A stretch of 64,000 nt of DNA from Callorhinchus milii (lineage: Eukaryota), in NCBI RefSeq assembly GCF_018977255.1, contig NW_024704749.1, positions 8,556,001 to 8,620,000 of the forward strand, given 5' to 3'. Positions 48,601 through 61,480 of this stretch are shown piece after piece (the first letter of the stretch is position 1; every line of letters begins with the position of its first letter). Under the pieces are notes generated by a model. The model was not told the DNA's origin. It did no database searches and saw nothing but the letters and a program-made list of their open reading frames with translations. Made by a program: the position numbers and the translations under genes.

Positions 48601-51600
48601 CAAGCAACAGGTAAATACAGATTTTTTTGTCCAAAGAGATTCTAAATGAATCTTGTTTATGGATCAGATATGGTGTTGTTGCTATCACTTCTGTGCTGTC
48701 GTCCACAAATGATCTTTTACGTTCAGGGTGTTTAAAGTGCTGGTGAGCAGGCATTTTGCACTGTGAATGTTTTATAACAAGATTGACTTTGTTTTGTGCT
48801 GAACTAAAACACAGAAATCTAGCTAATAAGGAGATGGAATAATTGATGTGGTCAGGCCATAATTATTTATAAGCTTCAGAAAATGGAGGCTGTCCCCTGA
48901 CTTGCTGTGTTTTGTTCCCAATCCAGTGTTTTCCATCACCCTGAAGCACATCATTCTCCTCCACAAACTCCTGCTGAAAACATGGTTGCCAGGCGCAAGT
49001 GGCTGACTCCAGGCTCTGACTATTCCTTCTTCACAGGACAACCCCTGGAGAGCAGTAGCGAGGCTGGGAACAAGCTTGAAGAGAGCCACCTACACCCCAG
49101 AAGGTCAGCCTAGCATTTCACGTTTACAATTGATGTTCCTGTGTTTGACACTACTCGTTGATTGTACATTTTCTTCCATTGATAAACCAGCAGTTAGAGA
49201 TGATGAAATATTTATAGAGGGACCAATAACTGGGAGTTTCAGGAAGCAGCCACCTGTTTACTGATTAAAGTATCTTCCCAGTTTGTTGTTCTAGTTACTG
49301 AACATATTATACTTTACAGTGTTAGTTTGCAGACACCCAATTGGAAAGTAATTGTATGAGTGGTTGGAAAAACAGAATGGTTATTACTAAGGTCACCGGC
49401 TGACTTGTGTATCCTCCCGGTTTGGCCCAGGTACCACTCTCCTCCAGAGAAGGATCCTCCTTGCAGTGGACAAAGTCTATCAAATGACAAGGATGAACAA
49501 CTCACTCCCATTCTGAGGGCATTAAGAAAGATGGACGCGAGAAAAGCTGAGAACCGGGGAATCCAAGCACTGGTGAATGAGACCCCTGAAGGGGGGGATG
49601 GCACAGGTAAGGCACACCTGTCGCATAGATTCATGTTGGTGACCTAACGCACACAACTTATCAGCCATCTAACCATCCCTAAACCGTTTAAACTTCAGTC
49701 TGACAATGATGCATGACTTGAGTTGCAGTGGTCAGCACAGTTTAATATTATATAATTTGAGATTTTTGGGGCGTTGACTAACAGCAGGGTTCTAGAAAAA
49801 TGCTCTTACTTCAGTTAAATCTTTGTAAAACCCAATCCACTAAAGATTTAGCAGTGCTACTGTATGATGTATATTGCATCGATGAATTAAATATCTATAT
49901 TTTTCTGTAAAGTTCTCATTCATTGTGTTCCTTGTGTATCTTTTTNGACAGCAAGCCTGAATCGCAAGCAAACTGTCGGGTTTGTAGATTATCCGTACAG
50001 CAGAGGCCAGACTGCGGGGAGCTATAAGGAGAGAACCAGATCCAAAAACAGCAGCTCACCCCCAGGTCAGAGATCATCATCTCTGCCTCCTTCAAGCAGA
50101 AAGTCAACACCCACGTCCACACCAAGTAGGAATGCTTCTGTGGATCCTCTTGAATTGTTTGGTTCAAATAAAAAAAAATTGGTATAACTATAATTCAGTC
50201 AGCAGTGAACTTTTACATCTTATTTTACCAACAGCTAAAAGAAACACTTTGTTGACACCTTTGTCTGCAAAATCCAGCCCCAAGCGCTGTCCCAAAGAAA
50301 ACTTGTCACCTGGGTTAAACCACCTTCTTGGCAAAGAGGAGAACACACAGACCAGGTAATTTGCGCAGAGATAATGTAAACCTATATATAGCCATCTAGC
50401 ATTTGTTTCTTAAATATAAAGGTGTTTGGAATAGTTTAAGGCTTTCTCACTCAAATTGTTGGCCCTTTGATGGGATTCCTGGATTTGGCAGTTTGTGGTT
50501 TGTGACCTCTCACAGAATGAGGGTGATTTTGCTCACTGTAACATCTTTAACTTTGGGATTGGGATTTTTCCAGGTTTGATGTGAATTTGAACGATGTGGA
50601 GACTTCATCGCCAGTTCCCTCCCGCAATTCCAGTCCAAGGAAGAGACTTCAATTCTGCCCACTGGAAAATACAGAGGGTAACTAACTAAATACAAACATA
50701 CTAACTCTGTTCAGTCACTATGTAAACTGGAAACAAGCTATCTATGTGTCTGTGTGTTGTAAAGTCACATCCATTCTCTTCTGTGATTTCAGTGCCTTGG
50801 GACATCCTCTCGACGTGAAAGTCTCTTTACAAATGCAATTTTGTTGTTGTGATCTTATCTGATCATGGAGGAGGCTGTGCAGGGGTCCATTGCTAATAGT
50901 CACAGAGGGAGCTAAACAGGGGAATGTAAATTCTGGATTTCCAAGTCTATAGTGATTTACTCCTCTCCCTCTAGAGTTACAAAAGGCCTACATGGAATTC
51001 ACTTTTCATCATGAATTCTAGTATCCTTGTGCATTAAAGCTTTTGTACGAATATGTATATAACATAGCAGTTTGTTAAAAGTACCTGGTTTAGTTTTTCT
51101 GTATGTTATCTCTTATCTAGGAAGCCAGAATTCAAGGTTTCATGCTGATGATGGCTTTCAGCCGGACTCTCGCTCGGAATCCATTCTGCACGCAGTGAAG
51201 CTGGGGGTTGTTACCAGTCGGGCAGACTGGGAAGATCGGACCACAACCCTTCTTCAGCCAGAGAAACCCAGTTTTGTGCTGCAAACACCATACGCAACTG
51301 AACTCACCTATAAAGCTCAATTGGAGACACTGGGGGAAACAGAGAAACTTTTTGATGAACTTACTCAAGAAAAGCAACAGGTGATATTAAAACCCAACCA
51401 CAAATTTGCATGGGATTTTTGTTTGTAAAACTATATAATAGTTTTGAATTGACTTGAATGAATTAGTTCAGAGTATAATGATGTTACAGAGACCAAGATT
51501 GAAAAAAATAACACCGGTAATGCTGGTAATCTAGAAAGATGATTAAGATAATATTTTGGTTGTGATATGATCAAAGCTGATTCTCATGAGGACACACCCA

Positions 51601-52440
51601 AAACCATAGCCTAGCTCTCTTTCGGTTGCTAATGTGATCTATGTATTCTCTGAGGACAATTCAGCACTTCAAAACGCATAGGTTTGGTCTGCAGAACCTT
51701 TTACACATTAACTCTACATCTAACTCCTGATCACCATCTAATTCCTGATCACTATCTTAATTTTTCATCCAAAGATTGAGTCCGCATTGAGTCGTATGCC
51801 TGGTTATGGGGGAAGAATGACTCTCCAAGCAAGGCTTGAAAAGGTACAGTGTTAACTAATTCAATGAAATTATAACTTGTTAGTTAAAATACTAGCTTTC
51901 CCTCATTTCAAAAAGCTTAGACAGCTGGGCTGAATAATCCTGGGGAGTGATGGTCAAGCACATAAGGGGTGATGTGAACTGTGCTTCAGTGGTGTAGAGA
52001 TCCCCACTACAGTCATGGGGTTGATTGTGGGAATCCTTTATAGAACATATAACTGAAGTGAAGGACCTTAACTGGTTTGTCCCAATGGACAAGGTGGGGG
52101 CAGTTAGTCACATCACCATAAGACAGAGACACTACTTCAAATGAGTGAGTAGTAAACTTATGGAGCAATATCTTGGGATATAGTTTGGGACACGACATGT
52201 CAAACGACTGCCAGAAAGGCAAACTAGATGAACCTTGGTCTTCTTTCGCCTAGAAAGTTTTTATGTTATGTTCAACTATGTTTTTACAGAACATTAGTCC
52301 TGCATGTATATAGGTTAACATATTTAATGCCCTTCCAGGAAGCTTTGGAAAATCGCTTGGAAAAGATCAACCGAGATTTAGGATCCATCCGTATGACGTT
52401 GAAGAGATTTCATATTCTACGGACATCTGCAAATTTGTAA
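39682..52440 (+). CDS. MPHOSPH9: M-phase phosphoprotein 9 (centriolar coiled-coil protein), ~1247 aa
   Basis: Exons: 39682-39815, 40389-40527, 41590-41679, 42089-42663, 42955-43081, 43521-43611, 43717-43829, 44294-44419, 44834-45318, 46390-46548, 47164-47251, 47485-47700, 47952-47999, 48191-48255, 48506-48610, 48927-49103, 49431-49606, 49952-50125, 50235-50355, 50574-50677, 51121-51380, 51775-51843, 52339-52440. All phases are consistent. Peptides RWLQLFKLVEKQ, VLTLDPTLHMKP, NLREKHARHVADIRAYYE, RRKWLTPG and LGSIRMTLKRFHILRTSANL* match MPHOSPH9. The start codon is less certain. Confidence 0.93.
39875..39990 (-). mobile_element. CR1-like LINE 3' tail fragment
   Basis: atcatagaatcatagagtcttacagcac...tctttgaaagagctatccaactagtctcactcccc, typical of reversed chondrichthyan CR1 ends (from memory). 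Confidence 0.55.
40175..40277. repeat. Fragment of an interspersed repeat common in cartilaginous fishes (family uncertain)
   Basis: gctgggaacgctcagcagatcagacagcatctatggaga...gtttcgggtc...cccttcgtcagaac. Recognised from memory only. Confidence 0.45.
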
Positions 52441-52900
52441 AAACTTTTATCTCATTAGTTATTTTGACCAAATCATCTCTTGCACTAAAATTTTAAATAG
52501 TATGCACAATTATCGCTGGCAGAATGCTGGATAATTTTGGATCAACTTAAGATTGAATTATAGCCTTAATATGTATATAGGTCACATTCTTTATGTAAAG
52601 TAAAACATTCTGTGCCTTTGTATGGACCATAGCCCATATTTCACAATTACTTTTGTACAATTAAATATTGGAGCCAAGAGTTGTATAAGGTATATTTTAG
52701 TAATGTTTAGCGAATGCACATGATGATACTTTTGTAAACTATGGTAACATCTACAATTGGTTACCCTTAACCTGTGTATATAAGTGTTAACCATAGTCTG
52801 TCAGGAAATATTTTGCTGTCCTACAGTATTAGTTTTTCAAAGAATTTATATTTTATATTTGGAGTTAAAGTGCTTTTAATTCAACTCTTTTTTTTATTGA

Positions 52901-52906
52901 ATTAAA
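52901..52906 (+). terminator. Probable MPHOSPH9 polyadenylation signal
   Basis: ATTAAA after U-rich sequence, ~460 nt past the stop. Confidence 0.45.
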
Positions 52907-53504
52907 AAACATCTTTACAGTATGTAGTGCGACAAAGACCATTCCAGTGTTTTTTTTCGTTACAATGCAAGTGCCTCTTACATCACCGAATTCTGGATGT
53001 GTGTTGCATATTTATTTACATTGTTCGATAGCTGCAGAACTCTTGTCAATACCACGAGGAAGGGGATTTTAGGGAAATATGTCATTAGCAATAATTCTCA
53101 AAGGATTTGATTGAACCTGGAAATACATCAGCCCAAAGCCAGGAGTTTGATTTGACGAGTCACTTGGCGGTCACTACACCTGACAGCATCTCTCAGGCAA
53201 AGCATGTTGCGCCTATATTTAGCATTATATCAAATGTAAGTACCATTAAATGGCGGGTCACTTTCGTGCGGGGTGGGCAATAATCCCTTTTTTTAAAAAA
53301 AAAATTCGATCACTCAATCCTCCGCTGTTTACGGTGTGGGGCGGGGGGGGGAGGGGGGCGCTGCCGTGCGCAACCGGCCGCCGCACTTTGCCCGCAAAAA
53401 CCACGGTCGGTCCACTTTACGGCACGGTCTGCGAAGCGCTTTTGAGACGTCTCGACGGCGTGACAAGGCGCCCGTGTCAGTGATATTACTAAGGCCAGGA
53501 AGAG

Positions 53505-54202
53505 NNNNNNNNNNNNNNNNNNNNNNNNNNNNNNNNNNNNNNNNNNNNNNNNNNNNNNNNNNNNNNNNNNNNNNNNNNNNNNNNNNNNNNNNNNNNNNNN
53601 NNNNNNNNNNNNNNNNNNNNNNNNNNNNNNNNNNNNNNNNNNNNNNNNNNNNNNNNNNNNNNNNNNNNNNNNNNNNNNNNNNNNNNNNNNNNNNNNNNNN
53701 NNNNNNNNNNNNNNNNNNNNNNNNNNNNNNNNNNNNNNNNNNNNNNNNNNNNNNNNNNNNNNNNNNNNNNNNNNNNNNNNNNNNNNNNNNNNNNNNNNNN
53801 NNNNNNNNNNNNNNNNNNNNNNNNNNNNNNNNNNNNNNNNNNNNNNNNNNNNNNNNNNNNNNNNNTGGAGTGAGTGAGTGAGTNNNNNNNNNNNNNNNNN
53901 NNNNNNNNNNNNNNNNNNNNNNNNNNNNNNNNNNNNNNNNNNNNNNNNNNNNNNNNNNNNNNNNNNNNNNNNNNNNNNNNNNNNNNNNNNNNNNNNNNNN
54001 NNNNNNNNNNNNNNNNNNNNNNNNNNNNNNNNNNNNNNNNNNNNNNNNNNNNNNNNNNNNNNNNNNNNNNNNNNNNNNNNNNNNNNNNNNNNNNNNNNNN
54101 NNNNNNNNNNNNNNNNNNNNNNNNNNNNNNNNNNNNNNNNNNNNNNNNNNNNNNNNNNNNNNNNNNNNNNNNNNNNNNNNNNNNNNNNNNNNNNNNNNNN
54201 NN
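53505..54202. other. Assembly gaps (N 53505-53865 and 53884-54202) around an 18-nt island
   Basis: N runs seen directly, inside a GC-rich promoter region. Confidence 0.99.
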
Positions 54203-55184
54203 GGATGAAGCGGGCGGGCGAGTGGGTGTCATTGCGGCGCCTGACCTGCGGGTGGCGCTGTGATCCGCTCGGCCGCGGAGCCTGCGGGGGAGGGGGGGGG
54301 GGGGGGAGCGGGCGGGACGAGGAAAGGAGAGGGAACCGCCTCATTCCCTCCCTCCCGTCGGTTGGTCGGTCGGTCGGTCGGTCGGAGCGGGCGATGAGTC
54401 AAGCGGACCGTCGGCGCTCACACGCGAGGGGCTGGCGGGGCCCGGTCTCGCCGCTGCCGGCGATGCTGTGGTGACTGGGAGGCTCGATACCGGGGGGGGG
54501 GGCGGCGGCGGAGCGAGGGCCCAGGCCCCACACACCGGGCGGGGGGGGCGGTGGCGGTGGGGTGGGGGTGGGGGTGGGGGTGTGGGGCAGGTGGAGAAGA
54601 GCCCACAGAGGGGCCCCCGGAGCCGCGCTGAGAGTCGAGCTGCGGAAAGGTGAGTTGTGGGGCCCAGAGAGGCCGCGTTGCTAGGATACCGGGGGGGGGG
54701 GGGGAATGGGGGGAGGGGTTTGGGGGGGGGGGTGGGGGTCGCTTTGAACCTCACCCCAGGGTCTGGGGCGGGGTGGGGGGGGTCAGCCTCACTCACCAGA
54801 CTGTGTGCGTGGTGTTGGCCGGTTTGGGCGCGCGACGGCGACGACGGCCACAACTTGCCCGTCCGTGGCGCCCTTCACCGCCGGGGGTCCCGGGGTTACC
54901 CCAACGCGCACTCCGGGGAGACCCCCAAACCCCGCCCGCCCTCCCAGCTCGCCCTCCAGCCCACCTGCCCGCCGCGCCCGCCCCTCGCCACCTAACCGTC
55001 CGCCCCTCCAGCCCGCCCTCCAACCCACCTGCCCGCCGCCGCCCACCCTCCCGCTCGCCCTCCCACCGCCACCGCCCGCCTCCCCGCCCGACCGCCCTCC
55101 AGCCCGCCCGCCCTCCAAGCCTTGGCTCTTGCCAACCTGCGCCTAATACTCTCCGGAATCAGGTCAGCAGGAGGCGTCCTTCCG

Positions 55185-55215
<31 letters not shown>

Positions 55216-55520
55216 AGAGCGAGAGCGAGCGAGCGAGAGAGCGAGAGCGCCCGCCTTCCATTCCAACAGTCTTGTCTTTGCCTCCGGGATTTCCACGGTG
55301 TAGGTGGAATTCTCTCTCGGTTGGGTTTGAAGACTCCTAAGCCGCGGCGATGGGTTTCCGACGCAGGTGTCGGGACAGCCGGCTGACCGCGCGCGGAAAC
55401 CCCCCCCCCGGGGTTCCAGCCCCCGCCTCGGGGATTCGGAGCTCGCACGGTCCAGGCTGACGCTACAGTGCGGAGCTGGGGGACAGCTTTACAACAAATT
55501 AAGCCTGTGTAGCAATTTGA
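54203..55520 (+). promoter_or_regulatory. PITPNM2: CpG island with a non-coding first exon ending at 54649, probably PITPNM2
   Basis: Very GC/CpG rich with a strong donor AAG|GTGAGT at 54649/54650 and no coding homology downstream in the window. Identity from synteny only (PITPNM2 follows MPHOSPH9 on the same strand in human). Confidence 0.5.
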
Positions 55521-58340
55521 CGATAGCTCCCACGGGGGAAGGCGTGGTATCAAATGCAAAGATTATTATTGTGATATTGAGGGGTTCGGGGGGTGCACTG
55601 CTTGGTATGGAGGTTCATGGCGTACTGGTGCAGTAACAGTTCTGAACGACTGGTGCAGTAGAGCTTTGCATCGCACTGATGCTCTCAAGGCTCCCTCCCG
55701 CCTGTTGAAAGGTTCAGAATGCAAATTAAAAGATTGGAAGCACTGGTGCATTAAATGGTTTGTGGCGACCAAAAGTGAAGCTGGCAGGAGGGTAGTACAT
55801 TGCAGAATCAATAGATATTTGATGTAAAGTATGCACAACACTCTTCCCCCCCCCCCCCCCAGTATTGTATTAAAGGGCCAGGGGGGGTAATCATTGTCAC
55901 GTGGCACAGGAACAACGAGTGTTGAGTTACTGAAAAGGATCTGTGCAATCTCTGCGAGCAATCTCTCCTGGATTTTGTCAGGTCTTGTTTCCAGCGCGTG
56001 TCACTTGTTCTGACATTGATTGATACCTTCAGTTGGCGTTAGCACTTTCTTGGGTGTGAACTTGGAATGAAATGACAGCTTCTGCTTGTCTGCTCAGCCC
56101 TGGGCTGCCCAACCCAAACCGGACACGAACCGCCCGCCTTAGAAATGCAAGTTGTTGTTGTTACTGAGTAAGAATCGTTAAGATGCGCCATTTGTGCGGC
56201 GATGGTAACGGGCTGCTCGCGTGTCAAAAACAAGAAGGAATAAAGTGCCTCCGTCGGGACGAATTTTGATTTGTGTTTTTTTTTGCACCATTTTGCAAGC
56301 TACAGCTCCTGTCCCGGAAGCTGGTACAGTAGTTTGTTTTCTGAACGCTGCTCGCGAGTGGTTGTGAATGGCAATCCCCCCCCCCCCCCCCCCGATGTGA
56401 AAGGCGCTATACAAATGTAATTTGTCGGTTGTTGTTTAAAATGGGCTGTTTTTTTTTCCCCCATGAGAGGACTTGGGTAAAACCTCATCTGTGTCCTTGC
56501 CTCGCTACCTCTCTCTACAGGGAGCAAAAGATGTGCTTTGTTGTTGGTTTATCGTTAAGAGGGTTTGCTCAACGCTGTTGTCTGCAAACTAGTGGCCTCC
56601 CTTTTCCACAGACAATTAATTCATCTGCTTTACGTACTGCGGTTGGAGGTGATGTTGAAATGGTGTTGTTTTTAGTGAACAGCAGTAGGTGACGCCTACT
56701 GGAAATCACTCAGGAAGCAGCTGTGGGCGTGAGGCCAGCCACTCTCCCATTTGAATACAATAGTTTACATTTATATCAGCTGGATTACCCCCCCCCCCAA
56801 TCCTGGTCTTATACCCCAGCCCCTCTCGGGTCATCTCTGACCTTTCTGTGCAGTGGGTGTAACATTCAATAGATTCAGTGTCGGGGTGATGAACGGAGAA
56901 GTCTCGAAGATGTGAATAGGCGGTATATCAAATGCAAGGATTTTACCAGGTCAATTTTCCTGCCGGTGAATGGGTGTGTGGGTGGGGGAAGATTGTGCCG
57001 CTGGATCTATTGTGAGAAGAATTCCTGTACTATTGTACTGCCCGACTGTTGCTAAGGGGTACGTACGTTACACTGCGGGGCCGTTAAGGATGCCTCGCAA
57101 TACATACAATTGGGAGAAATAGTCACCCGACCTGCTGAGTGAGTAAGTGAGAAAAAAAAGTTTGTTTCCCTCAGCAACTTTATCACATCAAAACATTTTA
57201 AAGAGCTTTGCATGCAATTACTGCAAAGTATAGTGACTTTTTTTGTCAGCAAACGTGACAGCATTTTCTGCTCCGCAAGGATCTCAGCACATCACGGCCG
57301 TAAACTAAACCAAGACCCTGTCCGTGCTTCCAAAGATCCTGTGTAGCGCTATTTGAAAAGAGAAGGGAGTTTATCTCCCTTGATGTCCTGCCCCACTTTC
57401 CCCTCAATAAGGTTGCTTACCGACTTCACGGTGGCTTGCGGGACATTGCTGCCTGCAAATTGACTGTAAAATTCAGTCGTTGGAACTTTACAGAGAACCG
57501 AAGCCCTTTGTCGTGACCCGTGTACTGCTGAATGCAAATATTATCAGCGTATTGTAATGCGCTATAAAAAACCGCAAGTATTTTAACACGCTCATCATTC
57601 TCGCGTGCGTTTTGAACGAGCTGCTTTGTTTGTCTCTCTCCTCTCTCTCGGGTGGTGTCACATAGTCGGTAGCATGTGCATGTGATTCCTCGAGTGCAGG
57701 GAATGTCACCGGCAGTTGATGGAAATGACACTTGCCCTTGCACTAATTTCCCCTGTTCTCCCAGCTGCCTCCAGGTGACCTGTAGTTAACGGCTGCTTGT
57801 TGCTCGAGCGGGTGACAGATCACGTTGTTGAGTGGGGACAGAGCTGCAGTGGGGCCTGGTCTGGCGTGAGCTGGAATACGATGTGCGTTGGCGCGGTGAG
57901 CAACATCTGAGCTCCGGCCTGCTGCTCCCCGAGCATGTGGGGAGGGTTGGTTTGAAGTTACGGTTTCTCTGTCATGTGAGGGAGTTCTTGGTCAAGGCGA
58001 GCTGATAGCTTCTCCAGAAAGAGGGGCAAATGGGAGAGCTTATTGATCACCAGTTACTTACCCCAATGATCCAATTGTAGTCTGATGGTGTTCGTACGTA
58101 CACACATGCACATTCACGTGCAAATGCACACACTCACGTACGCGCACGCAGACACATATGCATACACATGCACGCACACAGACGCATACACTTTTTCCCC
58201 ACCTCCCTTTGCTGTAATGGGTTTGGTGGGTTGAATAGCCTCTTCCTCTTCTCATGTCCCCCTCCCCAGGCTAAGTGTCTTGATGGGTTTGTTAAAGTAT
58301 TGCATTGACGGGACCAGACCCCACGTATGTGGATGATTTG

Positions 58341-58663
58341 TGGAGTCCTGTAGCTCAGTGGTTAGAGCACTCGCTTTGCAAGTGAGAGACCTGAGTTCAG
58401 TTCCAGGCAGAGGGCGAAACCTTGGGCAAGTTTCCTTACTCCACACACAGAGCCTAATAATAATCCCTCCAAAAAACAAAACAATAATAAATCGGTCATT
58501 TTCAATCTACGACTGTTTGTGGGGACGCTGCTGTGCGCAATTGGCTGCCGCGTTCGCCCACAAATATACAGTCAATTCACTTTACAGTGTATTCTGTAAA
58601 GCGCTTTGAGACGTCGAGAAGACGTGAGAAGCGCTATATCAAATGCAAGGATTATTATTATTA
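58341..58663 (+). mobile_element. tRNA-derived SINE, near full length
   Basis: A box TAGCTCAGTGG 58351-58361, anticodon-arm-like ctcgcTTTGCAAgtgag, B box GTTCAGTTCC 58395-58404, and an L2-like tail aagcgctttgagacgtc...gcgctatatcaaatgcaagg(att)n. Confidence 0.92.
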
Positions 58664-59659
58664 TGATGATGGTGTGTTGTAGACCGGAGAGGCTAGTGTG
58701 TGTGTGTGTGTGTGTGTGTGTGCCAGCCACGTATGATGGGCAGGAGCTTGTCTGTAGCAGCGTGCTGGCTGTCTCTGCCTCTCAGACCAAGCGCTTGTGT
58801 GTAGGCCCCGACTGTCAGGAAATTGCAAACTCCTCCGAGCTAAAATGGCCGTGTTGCGCCTGGGGTACTCTCCGTTGGTCTGTGGTTTCTGGCCACGCTC
58901 TGTCGGGTCCTGACTTTAACCATGACGGTGAAGTGACCTTTCACCACAGTCACAATCGCCAGAAACGTATTGTTCTGCCCTCAGAAACCGGTCTAAAAAT
59001 AAATGGCACATTTTAATGTGTCTGAGAGGATTCACGTTTCCATCAGGCTAAACTGCTGTAGCATCTGTCCCTCAGAGCAGGTGAGTCATACACTGTTGGT
59101 TGGTGTATTTTAATGTGTATTTTAAATTACTTATGACATTTAATCTGCAATTCATTGGCTATGATGGATTGTGTTTTTTATTATTTTGAATCGGCCGCTA
59201 TTTGGCTGATAATTAACCAGAGTTATTGGCTGCCAGCAGCTTCGAAGGCTCCCAGTGAAAGTGTGCCAGTGTTTGCTTTTATTTTGAATTCTTTGGGGTA
59301 ATAAATCGTGTTTTGCTCATACTCAAATTACTCATAGAGGCGAAGGTCAAAGTCTTAATGATCTAATGGAAGAGCTAAGTGTCTTTTAATGAGCTAATGC
59401 GTGCCCTGGCAAACAATATTTTTTCTTAGCTATGTTTTCTTTGTGCGTTTATAATAGTGGGCAAAGTGTGGAGAGAGTGAGGCAGGCTGATAAGAGAGAT
59501 AGCCCAAGTTGATTGAACTGTGGGCAAAGTCAACAGCAGTCAGACTCTTTGGGGGCAGAGATTGAAGGGAATCTCACCGGTAACTGCACAGTTAAGTTTT
59601 CTGTCTCACCCCAGGGACTGTGGCCAACTTTGTGGGACTCGACTGAGCCATGTTAAGTG

Positions 59660-59892
59660 TGCAATCTCCCTTTGGAACGCCATCCCACAGTCTCTTTGCC
59701 TCGTCGCCTCCCTTATCTCTTTCAACGCCCGTCTCAAGAACTTCCTCTTCAACTACGTCTTTGGTCACCCAACTGACCCTGCGCTCCACTGCTCCTAATC
59801 CTAACCCCCAGCTCGGATGCAAATCCCTGACATTTCAGCGCTTTGGAACGCTCTCCCAACGTGAAAGCCGCTGTATCAATGTCATTTGTTAT
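59660..59892 (+). mobile_element. L2 LINE 3' fragment
   Basis: Aligns by eye with 30575-30800 (tggaacgccatcccacagtctctttgcctc...ctcaagaacttcctcttc...tail). Confidence 0.8.
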
Positions 59893-61311
59893 TGCTATCA
59901 GGAGTGGCAGTGATGGTGGAGATGATAGGCTGTAGCTCACATGTCCAGGCAGTAATTGGGGGGAGGTGAGGGGAGACTGGCTAGGAAGGGGAGCTCAGCG
60001 CACTGCTCACTGCTGTCTCCCCACAACAACTCCCAGGTCATGTTTTGCTTCTCTCTCCTTAAAAATGGCTTGGTCTCCCCCAGCACTTGTCACTATCGCT
60101 GAAGCTGCTGTGAGGAATGTGAGGGCGTGGACTTGCCTGGCGAGTATTTCAGCTTCGCTCCTGGTGAGGTGGTACCTTGTAATTGTAAGTGAGTGGTGAT
60201 TTGTAACAACAAATTACATTTACACAGCGCCTTTCACATCGGGAGGACGTCCCAAGGCACTAGACATGTCAGGGATTTGCGCCCGAGTTAGGTGTTGGGA
60301 TCAGGGGGTAGAGATAGAGCAATGTCTCACAGTCAGACATCAGTCAGGTTGGCTTCCCTGTCATGACGCGCCCTGGCTGTGATTAAACTCTCTGATGCTT
60401 TCCTCTCCCTTGAAACCTGGAAGCAATATTCCTTGCAGAAACTAGTTCCAGCCGAACAAGTCACTCTGCACACAACATAGCAAATGGGGTGAAGGTGATT
60501 GGTTTTTGTTTAATGTTGTGAACTGACAGCTTTGAACAACGTGTCTGCAGTGGAAGAGGGGGAAAAAAAGCAAAGCTGACTAACTAACAGTGCCTGTCTG
60601 GGTTTGTTTCCTCAGCCACGTCCGTACGCACGAGGGAGGAGGGACGTGACATCAGCCGTTGCTGAAGCCTCTCTGACTTCCTCCTTGTGTCCTGGAAGCC
60701 AGGCAGCTCTACACGCTGGTAAACTGCAGCTCCATCGTCTCTGTCTGTGCTCTTTCCTGTCAGGGCGGTTGGGCATGATGGCTTACCATCAAGAAAGGTG
60801 AGATTACCCATTGCTGTAGGAGCTCAGGAATAATAACATGCCACTTGTGTTCCTTGCACTAGCATTATCTTATCTGTTCGCTTTGTGATTGTGCTGTGAA
60901 GAATAATGAAACAGATTAGCTCATTCAGCCTTTTTGCATGGAGCAGGGGGAGGGGAAGCTGGCTGTGTGTGGGGAGAGGTGGGGTGGAGCAGGCTGTGGG
61001 GGGTGGGAAGTGGGGAGTGGGCTGGTAGCCGTGGTCAGGGTCCAGTCGCTCTCACACTATTGCTGTTTTCTGACCTTTCTCCCACTGGTTTGTGATGTTA
61101 CGGCTGTGGCTAACATGTGCCACACAGCCAGGTGAATTTGATCTCTGTTTGAGGCCAGCATGTTTCTCTTCACTCAAAGTAACATTCAGTGCAATTAATA
61201 TAATAAAGTACCTTAATATTGTTTACTGACTGTTACAGTTAATACATAAAGCCCCGTGTTGTGGTATATAGATGCCTGTCTGGTCAGTATAGCAATGGGC
61301 TCTGTGAATAT

Positions 61312-61480
61312 TACAATAATCCTTGCATATGATGTAGCGACTTATCGCATCTCAAAGCGTTTCACAGGATATTCTGTAAAGTGAATCGACTGTATATTTT
61401 ATGGGCCAAACGCGGCAGCCAATTGGGCACAGCGGCGTCCCACAAACAGCCGTGGATTGAAGTGACCAAATTATTGTTGT
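61312..61480 (-). mobile_element. 5'-truncated SINE
   Basis: Matches 7965-8145 (aataatccttgcat...gcggcagccaattgggcacagcggcgtcccacaaaca). Confidence 0.8.

Noticed and set aside
53310-54474. ORFs of 129-344 aa
   Set aside because: Artefacts of N gaps.
54341-55559. Multiple overlapping ORFs in the CpG island
   Set aside because: Stop-poor GC-rich sequence with no recognisable domain.
58341-58415. tRNA-Ala-like gene (also 8205-8277 and 15975-16045)
   Set aside because: Poor acceptor stem, no Pol III terminator, and it continues into a shared body and LINE-like tail. These are SINE heads.
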